Positions 35,991-45,213 of a stretch of DNA of 50,623 nucleotides are shown here, in pieces. Source of the stretch: Thermoanaerobaculia bacterium (lineage in GTDB: Bacteria; Acidobacteriota; Thermoanaerobaculia; Multivoradales; UBA5704); contig JBGAGQ010000049.1 of assembly GCA_044226625.1 (NCBI GenBank), positions 1 through 50,623 on the forward strand, written 5' to 3'. Each line of letters begins with the position of its first letter. The first letter of the stretch is position 1. The notes beneath the pieces are model-generated. The model did not search any database. It was not told where the DNA came from and worked only from the letters and a program-made list of their open reading frames with translations. The translations under genes and the position numbers were made by a program.

Positions 35991-38513
35991 TCAATCCCGG
36001 GCGAGCACCTCGCCCCGCGCGTTGACGAACGCCCGGCGCGGTTTCTTCGGCGGCTTGAGCACGACGTCGACCGGCTTCGAGGCCGAGCCGACCATTGGGA
36101 GCACGCCCGCTTGGACGTACTGCCCCTTGTCGATCTCCAGGTAGATCGGCACCAGGGTGCGGAAATCGGGGCCGACCTCCGACTGCGTGATCGTGCCGTG
36201 GATCCGATAGCCGCCGTCGGCGGCCCCTTCGACCTTCAAATCGGAGGTGAGCTTCGGAATCTCGTTGCCGTAGACCCACTGGTCGAAGAACCAGGAGATC
36301 TTGCCGTCCCGGGTCGCGTTGAGCGACGGAGGAAGGTGCTTCTCGACCACCGCGGCGAAGTCGGCGGTCGAGGGGTTCTTGCCGGCGTAGGTCGAGGTGA
36401 AGTCCTTCATCATGGCGATGAACTGCGCGTCCGGGTCTTTCGATCGCGCTTCGAACATCGCCATGCGCAGCATGTGGAGGACGTAGCCCCCCTTCTCGTA
36501 GATCAGGGAGAACGGAGCGGACGGAGCGCGCGAGGAACCGGAGCGATAGCCGTCGGCGATCGACCCGGCCTCCCAGGGGGCGAACGCGTTGCCGGGGGTC
36601 ACCTCGAAGATCCGCTTGCGCGCCTCGCGCCAGAACTTGTCATAGGCGGCCCAACCCTGCGTGTGTTGGATCGCGAGCGCAGCCGAGAACTCGGCGAAAC
36701 CTTCGGAGAGCCACTGGTCCCTGTAACTCTCCCAGCCGAGCAGGTGACCCCACCACTGGTGGGCGAACTCGTGGTACCCGACCGCCTCGACGAAATCCTT
36801 GGCCCCCGCGAGCCCGACGCGCTGACGCTGCGTTCCGTCGAGGAAACTGATGAACGGCATATAGATGAGCGCCGGCCACGATTGACCGAACGTCCATTGC
36901 GACTGCTGGGTGATCGCCACCCGCGTCGAAGGGATGGGGCCGAAGTAGGTCGTATAAAGACGCGCCGAATTGATGCCGTCGGCAAGCGCGGACTCGGCCA
37001 AGCGGTCGGTGTTCACCTTGCCGAGGGTCGGCGCGAGCTGCCCGGAACCATCCCCCCAAGCGGACGACTCGACCCCTTCGACCCCCGCGCTGCTCAAGAA
37101 CTGGTTGATCTCACGGACGATGTCCGGCGTCCCCGGATTCGTCCAGACCTCGACCTCGATCCCGGAGACCTCGTCTTTCTTCGCGTGCTTCTTGAATTTG
37201 CCGTAGTTGAAGCCGGCCACCTGGATCGGCGTCTCCGCCTTCCAGACCGAGACCGTCTGCTTCCCCTCCGCGCGACTCTCGACCGGGTTGCCGACCGAGA
37301 TGATCTCGTTGCCTGCCGGCACTCGATAGGTGAGCGTGAACGTCGCCGGATCGGTGAAGAAGCCGAGGTTCGGGTACCAGCCCACGCGCGAGAGCACCGC
37401 GTAGTTCTTCTCGCCCATGTCGATCAACACTTTGTCTCCGGCATAGGTCAGCTCCAGCCGGATCCGCTCCCCTTTCTTGAGCTGGCGAGGAAAGATCACG
37501 GCAGGGTTCGCATCCTCCTTTTCCGCCTCCTGGACGAAGGGCAACGGAGACCAAGACTCCTCGCCTTCGGGTGCGAACCGCGCCGAGCGGATGCGCAGCT
37601 CGGGTTGCAGGTTGAGCGGCACGACCCGGAGCTTCGGGACGACCACCTGGAAGTGGATCGTCGTCGTTCCGGCGACGTCCTCGTCCTTGGCGACCGCCGT
37701 CTCGACGTCGTAGTGCGTCGCGTCGGTCGAGCGCCACAGGGCGGTGCGCCGGCCCCCTTTGATCTCGGCCGCGCTTTCGGATTCGTACCAGCTTCCGCCC
37801 TTGGTCTCGTCGATCACGAAGAACGTCGAATCTTCCTTGCCTCCCGCCCCCACGCCGAGCGCTTCGCCGCCGCGCGGATCGACCGCGGCGAGCGAGGGCC
37901 CCGTCTTCTCTCCCTCCAGGAACGCCAGGAATACGCCGCTCGTCATCCCCGGAAAGTCCAGCAGGTCGGCGAGGACGCGAAGGTGGAAATTGACGTGGTA
38001 GTCCTTGCGCTGCCGTTTGAGGTGCGCCTCCCAGGCGTCGAGCGCCTCGCGGCTCGGCGTCCCGTTCGCGATCGGCGCCGAGAGCGCCAGCTCCGCCGCG
38101 GTGTCGTCGCCGAACAGGAGGACCAGTCGGGAGAAACCGTCGACGAGCGTCTCGAACGTCTTCGGATCGCCGCCCGAGTCGAGCGCCAGGCGGCGCCGCT
38201 CCCCCGGGGTCGCCGGGTTGAGGCGGAAAGTCCCCTTGCCCAGGAAGACGGCACCGACCGTCCGCCCTTCGACCGGCGTGAGAAAATGAAACGTCCCGGA
38301 GGCGAACTCGAACCGGAACGCGTCCCGTTCGAGCGTCAGGTTGGATACGGTGAGCGTCCGACCGTCGGGCTTCACCGAGCGGAGTGCGGCATACACGGGA
38401 TCCTTCGGCGCTTCGGCCGCCGAGGGGACGCCCGATTCCGCCCGAGCGACGGCGACCGAGAGAAAAGCGAGTTGCAGGACGCAGATCGTGAGCAGGGCGC
38501 GGTGCGAAGGCAT
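35991..38513 (-). CDS. Secreted M1-family zinc aminopeptidase
   Basis: Signal peptide, HEFAHQWWG, WLSEGFAEF and YEKG. TATAAT at 38543-38548 and an AAAGGA RBS upstream. Confidence 0.9.
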   Translation of the reverse strand: MPSHRALLTICVLQLAFLSVAVARAESGVPSAAEAPKDPVYAALRSVKPDGRTLTVSNLTLERDAFRFEFASGTFHFLTPVEGRTVGAVFLGKGTFRLNPATPGERRRLALDSGGDPKTFETLVDGFSRLVLLFGDDTAAELALSAPIANGTPSREALDAWEAHLKRQRKDYHVNFHLRVLADLLDFPGMTSGVFLAFLEGEKTGPSLAAVDPRGGEALGVGAGGKEDSTFFVIDETKGGSWYESESAAEIKGGRRTALWRSTDATHYDVETAVAKDEDVAGTTTIHFQVVVPKLRVVPLNLQPELRIRSARFAPEGEESWSPLPFVQEAEKEDANPAVIFPRQLKKGERIRLELTYAGDKVLIDMGEKNYAVLSRVGWYPNLGFFTDPATFTLTYRVPAGNEIISVGNPVESRAEGKQTVSVWKAETPIQVAGFNYGKFKKHAKKDEVSGIEVEVWTNPGTPDIVREINQFLSSAGVEGVESSAWGDGSGQLAPTLGKVNTDRLAESALADGINSARLYTTYFGPIPSTRVAITQQSQWTFGQSWPALIYMPFISFLDGTQRQRVGLAGAKDFVEAVGYHEFAHQWWGHLLGWESYRDQWLSEGFAEFSAALAIQHTQGWAAYDKFWREARKRIFEVTPGNAFAPWEAGSIADGYRSGSSRAPSAPFSLIYEKGGYVLHMLRMAMFEARSKDPDAQFIAMMKDFTSTYAGKNPSTADFAAVVEKHLPPSLNATRDGKISWFFDQWVYGNEIPKLTSDLKVEGAADGGYRIHGTITQSEVGPDFRTLVPIYLEIDKGQYVQAGVLPMVGSASKPVDVVLKPPKKPRRAFVNARGEVLARD

Positions 38514-38575
38514 GCGATCGTTCCTTTCAACGAATTGGTGAAATTATAGCCCTTCAACAAGGACACGGAGGTTTC

Positions 38576-39379
38576 ATGAAACGGTATCGTCTGGAGCCGG
38601 GCAAACCGTTCGACCTTTCGCGCTTCGATGCCGGCTCGACCGCGGGCTTTAAAGGGGGCAAGGAGAAGGTCCAGCCCCTGTTCGACCAGCTGAACGATCG
38701 GTTGGAAGTGCTCCAGGAAAAGCTCTGGGCGGAGGGGCGGCGAAGCGTTCTCGTCGTCCTCCAGGGGATGGACACGAGCGGCAAGGACGGCACGATCCGC
38801 CACGTGTTCGACGGCGTGAACCCGCTCGGGGTACGGGCCGCATCGTTCAAGGCGCCGACCGAGGAGGAGCTCGCCCACGACTTCCTCTGGCGCGTCCATC
38901 CGAAGATGCCGGGCAAGGGCGAGATGGTGATCTTCAACCGGAGCCACTACGAGGACGTGCTGGTCGTCCGCGTACGGAAGCTCGCGCCGAAGAAAATCTG
39001 GAAGGCTCGCTACGAACAGATCAACCAATTCGAAAAGCTGTGCGCCGACAACGGCACGACGATCCTCAAGTTCTTCCTCCACATCGACCGCGACGAGCAG
39101 AAGGAGCGGCTCGAAGCGCGTCTCGCCGATCCGCTCAAGCGCTGGAAGTTCCGCCTCGGCGACCTCGACGACCGCGCGCTGTGGGACGACTACATGGCGG
39201 CCTATCAGGACCTCTTGGACAAGACCACGACGGAGTGGGCGCCCTGGTACGTCGTCCCCGCGAACCGAAAATGGTTCCGCAACCTGGTGGTCGCCACCGC
39301 CCTGGTCGAAGCGCTGGAAGCGATGAAGATCAAGGATCCGGAGCCGGCCGAGGACCTGTCGAACGTGGTCATCGAGTAG
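38576..39379 (+). CDS. ppk2: Polyphosphate kinase 2 family phosphotransferase
   Basis: Motifs QGMDTSGKDG, HDFLWR, FNRSHYEDV and APWYVVPA. Confidence 0.93.
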   Translation: MKRYRLEPGKPFDLSRFDAGSTAGFKGGKEKVQPLFDQLNDRLEVLQEKLWAEGRRSVLVVLQGMDTSGKDGTIRHVFDGVNPLGVRAASFKAPTEEELAHDFLWRVHPKMPGKGEMVIFNRSHYEDVLVVRVRKLAPKKIWKARYEQINQFEKLCADNGTTILKFFLHIDRDEQKERLEARLADPLKRWKFRLGDLDDRALWDDYMAAYQDLLDKTTTEWAPWYVVPANRKWFRNLVVATALVEALEAMKIKDPEPAEDLSNVVIE

Positions 39380-39449
39380 AGGGAGTTCGCCTCCGCCCAG
39401 GACCCGCAGCCGCCGTAGGAGCCCTACGAACCCCGAGGATCGATCCGCG

Positions 39450-40016
39450 CTAAGGCGCGCTCGCCGCGGGGACGACCATCCAGGTCGGGATCTCCAGCCG
39501 AAACAGGCGCGGCTCGGGGAGGAGCCACGAATCGACCTCTTCGATCGGTAGCGGCAGGCGATCGAGCGGAACGTCGCTTTCCACCCGCAGAGCCTGGGGC
39601 TCCCACCCGGCGAGCAGGACGGTTCCAGGGTAGGGATTGATCGAGGCGAGCGGCTCGTAGACGTGCGCGTCGGTGAAGCGCAGGAGGTCGACCACTTCGA
39701 GCATCGGGTGCCCCTCCCCCACCGAGATCACCGCGAGCCACTTTCGATCGGGCGAGACCGAAACGTCGGCCACCGCGAGGAACGCGGTGACGTCACACCC
39801 GACCTTGACGGTCCGCCGGCCACGGCACGAGAGGATCCAGCACGAGCTCGGTATGCCGTCCTGATCGATCCGATCGACCCCCAACTCGCACCGGTCGGAA
39901 GTCCGAACCGTCAGGCGGTGGGACTCGCCCTCCGTCGCTCCCGCCGAGAGAGCAAACAAGCCAAGCGCTCCAAGGGTGAAGATTCGAAGACGGTAGTCGA
40001 ACCGGTGCGGGCTCAT
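39450..40016 (-). CDS. Hypothetical exported protein
   Basis: Signal-like segment and an SVSPDRKWLAV beta-repeat-like motif. ATG 40016 lies 7 nt after TAGGAT. Confidence 0.65.
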   Translation of the reverse strand: MSPHRFDYRLRIFTLGALGLFALSAGATEGESHRLTVRTSDRCELGVDRIDQDGIPSSCWILSCRGRRTVKVGCDVTAFLAVADVSVSPDRKWLAVISVGEGHPMLEVVDLLRFTDAHVYEPLASINPYPGTVLLAGWEPQALRVESDVPLDRLPLPIEEVDSWLLPEPRLFRLEIPTWMVVPAASAP

Positions 40017-40098
40017 CCCCGAGATCCTACGGCAAGGCGGCCGGGCGGCTCGAGTAAGATCGAGCCACTCTCGCTTTCGAAATCTGGAGGAACCTCGC

Positions 40099-40584
40099 AT
40101 GGCCACGATTCGCTTCGCCGCGTTCCTGCCGCTCGTCCTCGTCCTCTCCTCCTGCCAGGTGCCGCCCCCGCCACCGTCCGCCGCCGCGGCACCGCCGCCC
40201 GCCACCCCGAAGACCCAAACGATCGCGCTCGTCGAGCGAGCGACCACGGACGCCGTCACCGACACGGGCGCCAAAGGCGATTCGGCCGGCGACCTGCTCA
40301 CCTTCGCCAACGAGGTCTACGACGAAGCGAACCAGAATAAGACCGGCACCGACCAGGGATACTGCATCCGCACCGTGCCCGGAACGTCCTGGGAGTGCTT
40401 CTGGACCGTCTCCCTGAGCGACGGTCAGATCACCGTGGAAGGTCCGTTCCTCGACGCCGGAGACTCGGTCCTCGCCATCACCGGCGGCACCGGCGCGTAC
40501 AAGGGAGCGGGCGGCGAGATGAAGCTCCACGCCCGCGACGCGAAAGGGTCGGAGTACGACTTCCGGTATGAGGTGGTCTGGTAA
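40099..40584 (+). CDS. Lipoprotein with allene-oxide-cyclase/dirigent-like beta barrel
   Basis: GGAGG RBS and lipobox LSSC. Strings GDSAGDLLTF, GQITVEG and AITGGTGAYKGAGGE. Confidence 0.8.
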   Translation: MATIRFAAFLPLVLVLSSCQVPPPPPSAAAAPPPATPKTQTIALVERATTDAVTDTGAKGDSAGDLLTFANEVYDEANQNKTGTDQGYCIRTVPGTSWECFWTVSLSDGQITVEGPFLDAGDSVLAITGGTGAYKGAGGEMKLHARDAKGSEYDFRYEVVW

Positions 40585-40847
40585 GGGGGCGGCGACGGCG
40601 CTAACGGGCACGGCGGTGAGGCGCCGGGGCCGGCTCGGTTCTACAGCCCGCCGCGATCTCGGCCACGAGTTGGAGGTCCTGAGGCCCTCTCGAACCCTCC
40701 TCAGCCGGTACCCGCTTGCTTGCGGGAAGCTATCGAAGGCCACCCCACTCAGAGATCTCCTTTCGAGGCTCTCGCCGTTAGGTGATCTAATCGGAACTTC
40801 GGCGCGGCGACTTGCTCGCTTGGGTTAGTGGCAGACACTTTAAAGAC

Positions 40848-40890
40848 CATGGAGGGGAAGCATCGCTTCCAACGACGCATCCCCTCCATG
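40848..40890 (-). terminator. Long hairpin downstream of the small peptide gene
   Basis: Perfect 11-bp outer stem CATGGAGGGGA/TCCCCTCCATG. On the minus strand the stem extends to about 19 bp with G-U pairs and is followed by GTCTTT. Confidence 0.7.
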
Positions 40891-40902
40891 AAGGGTGGTG
40901 GG

Positions 40903-41073
40903 TTAATGCCCCATACGAATCAACAGCCGGTCCGCGAGCTTCGCAAGCAACCACGCGATCGGTCCTATGATTCTTAGGAGCCACTCCAGCCACCCTTTTT
41001 TTTCCACCTCAGAACTTCCTCTTTGCTTAATTTCTTTTCCGGGCCCCATCCGAGCCCTTTGAGTCTTACTCAT
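40903..41073 (-). CDS. Uncalled 56-aa basic amphipathic peptide (type I toxin-like)
   Basis: Translated by hand: MSKTQRARMGPGKEIKQRGSSEVEKKGWLEWLLRIIGPIAWLLAKLADRLLIRMGH*. Perfect AGGAGG 5 nt before the ATG and a hairpin 12 nt after TAA. Confidence 0.7.
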   Translation of the reverse strand: MSKTQRARMGPGKEIKQRGSSEVEKKGWLEWLLRIIGPIAWLLAKLADRLLIRMGH

Positions 41074-41270
41074 AGGTACCTCCTGTGCCGGTTCTGGGCC
41101 TACCCCTCCCTCCTCTGGAAAGTATGGTGTGCAGACAGGGGGAAATATCCCCCTTTGTCACCTCAATTCAACACTCTCTCCTGAAGGTTACGGACGATGG
41201 CGGACCTCCCGACGCCGGAGAGGTGGCGGCTGGCACACAGTGACGTCAAGAACCAGTCCACCCGCGCGAC

Positions 41271-41396
41271 AGGATCACTGGCGTACTAGCCCAGATCACC
41301 AATGATGGGCACCGGATCATCGGCGCCCTGGCCCAGAGCACCACTGCTAAGAGTCAGATCACCGGTGCGCTGGCCCAGAACACCGATTCCGCGGAC
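41271..41396. repeat. Degenerate 3 x 42-bp (6 x 21-bp) tandem repeat
   Basis: GATCA at 41273, 41315 and 41357. GCCCAGA at 41289, 41331 and 41373. GA(T/G/A)CA recurs every 21 bp. Confidence 0.75.
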
Positions 41397-41477
41397 CGTC
41401 GCGCGGGGTAACGGGACCTCCGCACGGCGGGCAACCGCATCCCCCACGAGCGCCTCGGTCTCCGAGGATGCCGGGAG

Positions 41478-42170
41478 CTACCGGAGCAGCCGCTCGGCCT
41501 CGGCTTCGCAGGCGTCGAGGCGGCGTTCGAGCTCTTCGCCGTAGGGCTCCAGCGGCGCGCCGCGTTCGATCGAGAGCGGCTCGCCGTAGACGAAGGCGAC
41601 GCGGGAGAAGGGCCAGGGGACGACGAAGCGGTCCCACGAGCGGAGGTACTTCGCGCGGCTCGCGGCGAGGCCGACGGGGACGATCGGGAAGCCGGTGGCC
41701 GCCGCGGCGAGCAGGGCTCCGGGTTGGACCTTGCCGCGCGGCCCTTTGGGTCCGTCCGGTGTGAACGCGATGTCGTAGCCGGCTTTCGCCTTGCGCAAGA
41801 GGTCGCGGAGCCCCGCCGCTCCCCCTCTCGTGGTCGAGCCGCGACTCGAATCGATGCCGAGGCGGCGCACGGTCCGGGCGATCAGCTCGCCGTCGCGGCT
41901 GCTCGAGATCAGGACCGAAATCTTCTTTCCTCGATAGCCGTAGGGCATGAGCAGCAGGTGCCGGTGCCAGAAAGCGAGCAGGAAATGCTCGTCGGCCGCT
42001 TCGCGGCGGCGGATCTCGGTCTGATGATGGAACTCCAGCCGGCAGGTGACGCGCAGCGCCCGGATCACGAGCGCCGCGAGCCAGGCGATCGGCCCGACGC
42101 TACGGTCCGGGCGCTCGGCGCGAGGGGAGCTTTCGTCGCCCGCCGCGCGGGAAGGCGCCTCGTCGCTCAC
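41478..42170 (-). CDS. Lysophospholipid acyltransferase-family protein (DUF374)
   Basis: Motifs AFWH, SSSRDGE, RGSTTRGG, TPDGPKGP and SWDRF..P.PFS. GTG start overlaps the msbA stop. Confidence 0.85.
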   Translation of the reverse strand: MSDEAPSRAAGDESSPRAERPDRSVGPIAWLAALVIRALRVTCRLEFHHQTEIRRREAADEHFLLAFWHRHLLLMPYGYRGKKISVLISSSRDGELIARTVRRLGIDSSRGSTTRGGAAGLRDLLRKAKAGYDIAFTPDGPKGPRGKVQPGALLAAAATGFPIVPVGLAASRAKYLRSWDRFVVPWPFSRVAFVYGEPLSIERGAPLEPYGEELERRLDACEAEAERLLR

Positions 42171-44056
42171 ACTTGGAACTGCAGGTCGTAGAGGCGTTTG
42201 TACGAGCCCGCGCGCGCGAGAAGCTCGGCGTGCGAGCCCTCCTCGACGATCCGGCCGCCTTCGAGCACGATGATCCGGTCCGCCTTGGTGACCGTCGAGA
42301 GCCGGTGGGCGATCACCAGCGTCGTCCGCCCCTGCATCAGGTTGTAGAGCGCCTTCTGCACCAGCACCTCGGATTCCGTGTCGAGATGGGAGGTCGCCTC
42401 GTCGAGGATCAGGATCGGCGCGTCTTTGAGCAGCGCGCGGGCGATCGCGAGCCGCTGCCGCTGCCCGCCGGAGAGACGGCTGCCCGATTCGCCGATCACC
42501 GTGTCGTACCCGTCCGGCATCTCGCGGATGAACTCGTCCGCGTAGGCCGCGGTCGCCGCGGCGCGCACCCGTTCGATCGGCAGGTCCGACCGGCCGTAGG
42601 CGATGTTGTTGCGCACCGTGTCGTTGAACAGCAGCGTGTCCTGGGTGACGATCCCGATCTGGGACCGGAGCGAGGCGAGCTTCAGGTCGCGCAAGTCGAC
42701 GCCGTCGAGCGTGACCTTCCCGGCCGAAGGGTCGAAGAAGCGCGGCAGGAGGTTCACCAGCGTCGACTTGCCGGCGCCCGAGGGACCGACCAGGGCGACC
42801 AGCTCGCCACGTCGGATCTCGAGGTTCAGCTCCCTCAAAACCGGCCGGTCCTGATAGGCGAATTCCACCGCCTCGAAACGGATTTGATCCCGCACGCCCT
42901 CGATCGACTGCGCGTTCGGCTTCTCGCGCACCTCGTCCGGGATCGCCAGAAGGCGCACGGCGCGCTGCCCGGCGGCCAGCGCCTCCTGGAGCACAAGGTT
43001 CACCTTGTTCAGCTTCCGGATCGGGTCGTACATCATCAACGCCGTGGTCAGGAACTTGATCAGCTCGGGCGCCGTGAGCTCCCCCGCGCGGATCGCCCGG
43101 CCGGCGTAGATCAGCAGCGCCGCGGCGCCGATCACGGCGAGCGACTCGACCACCGGCCCGGAAGCGTTCGACAGCAGCTGGGCGCGCAGGTTGGTGCGCA
43201 GATGGCGGCGGGTCGCGACCTCGAAGCGGCCGAGCTCGAAAGCTTCCATGCCGAACGCCTTCACCACGCGGTGGCCGCGGATCCCCTCGTTCATCAGGCT
43301 CGCGAGATCGGCCATCCGCTCCTGGCTGCGGTGGCTCGTCTTGCGCATCCCGCGGCCGAACCGGATGATCGGATAGACGAGCACGGGCGCCACCACCAGG
43401 CAGATCAACGCGAGCTTCAAATGCGTGGAGAGCAGGAGGCCGACCAGGACCACCAGGGTGAGCGTCTGTTGGAACAGGTCGAGCAGGCGGTTCGACACCG
43501 CGCTCTGCATCATCGCCACGTCGTTGATCACGCGGGCGACCAGCTCTCCCGAAGGATGCTCGGCGTGGAACCGGCTCGACTGTTCGAGGATTCGCCGATA
43601 GAGGTCGTTGCGGATGTCGGTGGTGACCCCGAGGCCGATGTGCTGGAACGAATAGCCGGCGACGAAGTCCGACATGCTCCGAAGCAGGAAAACGAAGACG
43701 AACAGCAGCGGCACGAACCAGACGACCTCGCGGTCGCCGATGCCGAGCTCCCGTTTGAGCGACTCGTAGCTCTTCTGGATCTTGTGCTCGACGTCGAGCT
43801 TGCGCTGTAGGCCCTTGAGCCAATCGGGCGTGGCGCTGGGACGATGGGAACCGGCGGCATCGTGCCCTTTGCCGATCGGCATCCCCAGCACGTTCGGCGC
43901 GCCCTCCTTGGCGAGCAGCACCTCGCCGAACACCGGCTCGATCAACGAGACGATCCCGCCCGTCGCCGCGGCGAACAGGACGATGCCGAGCCCCGCGAGG
44001 ACGGCCCAGCCGACGTAACGCCGGACGTAGCGCCAGAAGAAGGAGAACGAGCTCAC
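42167..44056 (-). CDS. msbA: Lipid A flippase MsbA-type ABC transporter
   Basis: TM domain plus GPSGAGKST, LSGGQRQR and ILDEAT. Coupled to lpxB. Confidence 0.85.
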   Translation of the reverse strand: MSSFSFFWRYVRRYVGWAVLAGLGIVLFAAATGGIVSLIEPVFGEVLLAKEGAPNVLGMPIGKGHDAAGSHRPSATPDWLKGLQRKLDVEHKIQKSYESLKRELGIGDREVVWFVPLLFVFVFLLRSMSDFVAGYSFQHIGLGVTTDIRNDLYRRILEQSSRFHAEHPSGELVARVINDVAMMQSAVSNRLLDLFQQTLTLVVLVGLLLSTHLKLALICLVVAPVLVYPIIRFGRGMRKTSHRSQERMADLASLMNEGIRGHRVVKAFGMEAFELGRFEVATRRHLRTNLRAQLLSNASGPVVESLAVIGAAALLIYAGRAIRAGELTAPELIKFLTTALMMYDPIRKLNKVNLVLQEALAAGQRAVRLLAIPDEVREKPNAQSIEGVRDQIRFEAVEFAYQDRPVLRELNLEIRRGELVALVGPSGAGKSTLVNLLPRFFDPSAGKVTLDGVDLRDLKLASLRSQIGIVTQDTLLFNDTVRNNIAYGRSDLPIERVRAAATAAYADEFIREMPDGYDTVIGESGSRLSGGQRQRLAIARALLKDAPILILDEATSHLDTESEVLVQKALYNLMQGRTTLVIAHRLSTVTKADRIIVLEGGRIVEEGSHAELLARAGSYKRLYDLQFQV

Positions 44057-45213
44057 GCCGCCGCCCTCTGGCGCAGCAGGTCGGCGACCGCTCGCGCCGC
44101 GCGGGCGCTGGCCCCGCCCTGTCCGAGGCGACCGCGCAGCTCGCCGAGGTCTTTCCGCATGGCCGCGATCGCGGCCGGGTCGCTGAGCAGCCGCTCGGCC
44201 TCGGCGGCGAGGCGCTCGGGCTCGGCGTCGTGCTGCAGCTTCTCCGGGACCGCTCCCTTTTCGAGCACCAGGTTGACCAGCGAGACGTGGGGCAGCTTGA
44301 CCAGCAGCCGGGCGAGACGCCAGGTCCAGGAAGAGAGGCGGTAACAGACGATCATCGGCGTGCCGAGCAGGCCCACCTCGAGCGTCGCGGTGCCGGAGGC
44401 GCAGAGCGCCAGATGCGAATCGGCGATGGCCTCGAACCGATCGGATTCGACGATCTCGATCCGCGGCTCGCGGCCCGGCCCGAGCCCCGCCGCCGCCAGA
44501 TGGCGCTCGATCGCGGCGCGCGCGATCGTCGGCGCCCGGATGATCCGACCGACCACGGGAACCTTCGGCGCGAGTGCCGCGAGCGCCGCGAGCTGGAGCG
44601 GGAGGAGGACCTCCACCTCCGAGCGGCGCGACCCGGGAAGGAGCGCGACGCGAAAGGGCTCGCCGTCCGGCCGAGGCGCGGGCCGGTCCCAGACCTGCGG
44701 CAGGCGCGGCACCTCGTCGACCAGCGGGTGCCCGACGTGCACCACGTCGACGCCGTACCGGCGGTAGAAATCGACCTCGAAGGGAAACAGCACCAGCATC
44801 CGGGCGACGTCGCGGGCGATCGCGTGGACCCGTCCCTTGCGCCAGGCCCAGATCTGCGGGCTCACGTAATAGACGACCGGAAAGCCGCGCCGGGAGAGCT
44901 CCTTGGCGAGGCGCAGATTGAACTCCGGGAAGTCGACCAGCAGAACCGCGGCCGGCCTTTCGCGGTCGACCTCGGCGAGCAGCGCGGCGAAGATCTGCCG
45001 CGCCCGCGGCAGGACCTTGAGGACCTCGACCAGCCCGACGACGGAGATCTCGGACGAATCGGCGATCGTCCGCACGCCCGCGGCGCGCATCTGGTCGCCG
45101 CCGAGGCCGAAGAGGGAGAGGTTGGGTTCGATCCGCGCGAGCTCCTCGAGCAGCCGCGCGGCATGCAGATCGCCGGAGGCCTCACCGGCGACCGCCATCA
45201 GCCGCAAACTCAT
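44053..45213 (-). CDS. lpxB: Lipid-A-disaccharide synthase
   Basis: Motifs AGEASGD, DFPEFN, YYVSPQIWAWR, GHPL, LPGSR and SGTATLE. Confidence 0.96.
   Translation of the reverse strand: MSLRLMAVAGEASGDLHAARLLEELARIEPNLSLFGLGGDQMRAAGVRTIADSSEISVVGLVEVLKVLPRARQIFAALLAEVDRERPAAVLLVDFPEFNLRLAKELSRRGFPVVYYVSPQIWAWRKGRVHAIARDVARMLVLFPFEVDFYRRYGVDVVHVGHPLVDEVPRLPQVWDRPAPRPDGEPFRVALLPGSRRSEVEVLLPLQLAALAALAPKVPVVGRIIRAPTIARAAIERHLAAAGLGPGREPRIEIVESDRFEAIADSHLALCASGTATLEVGLLGTPMIVCYRLSSWTWRLARLLVKLPHVSLVNLVLEKGAVPEKLQHDAEPERLAAEAERLLSDPAAIAAMRKDLGELRGRLGQGGASARAARAVADLLRQRAAA

Noticed and set aside
41197-41289. 30-aa ORF MADLPTPERW...
   Set aside because: No good RBS or recognisable features, so it cannot be supported as a gene.
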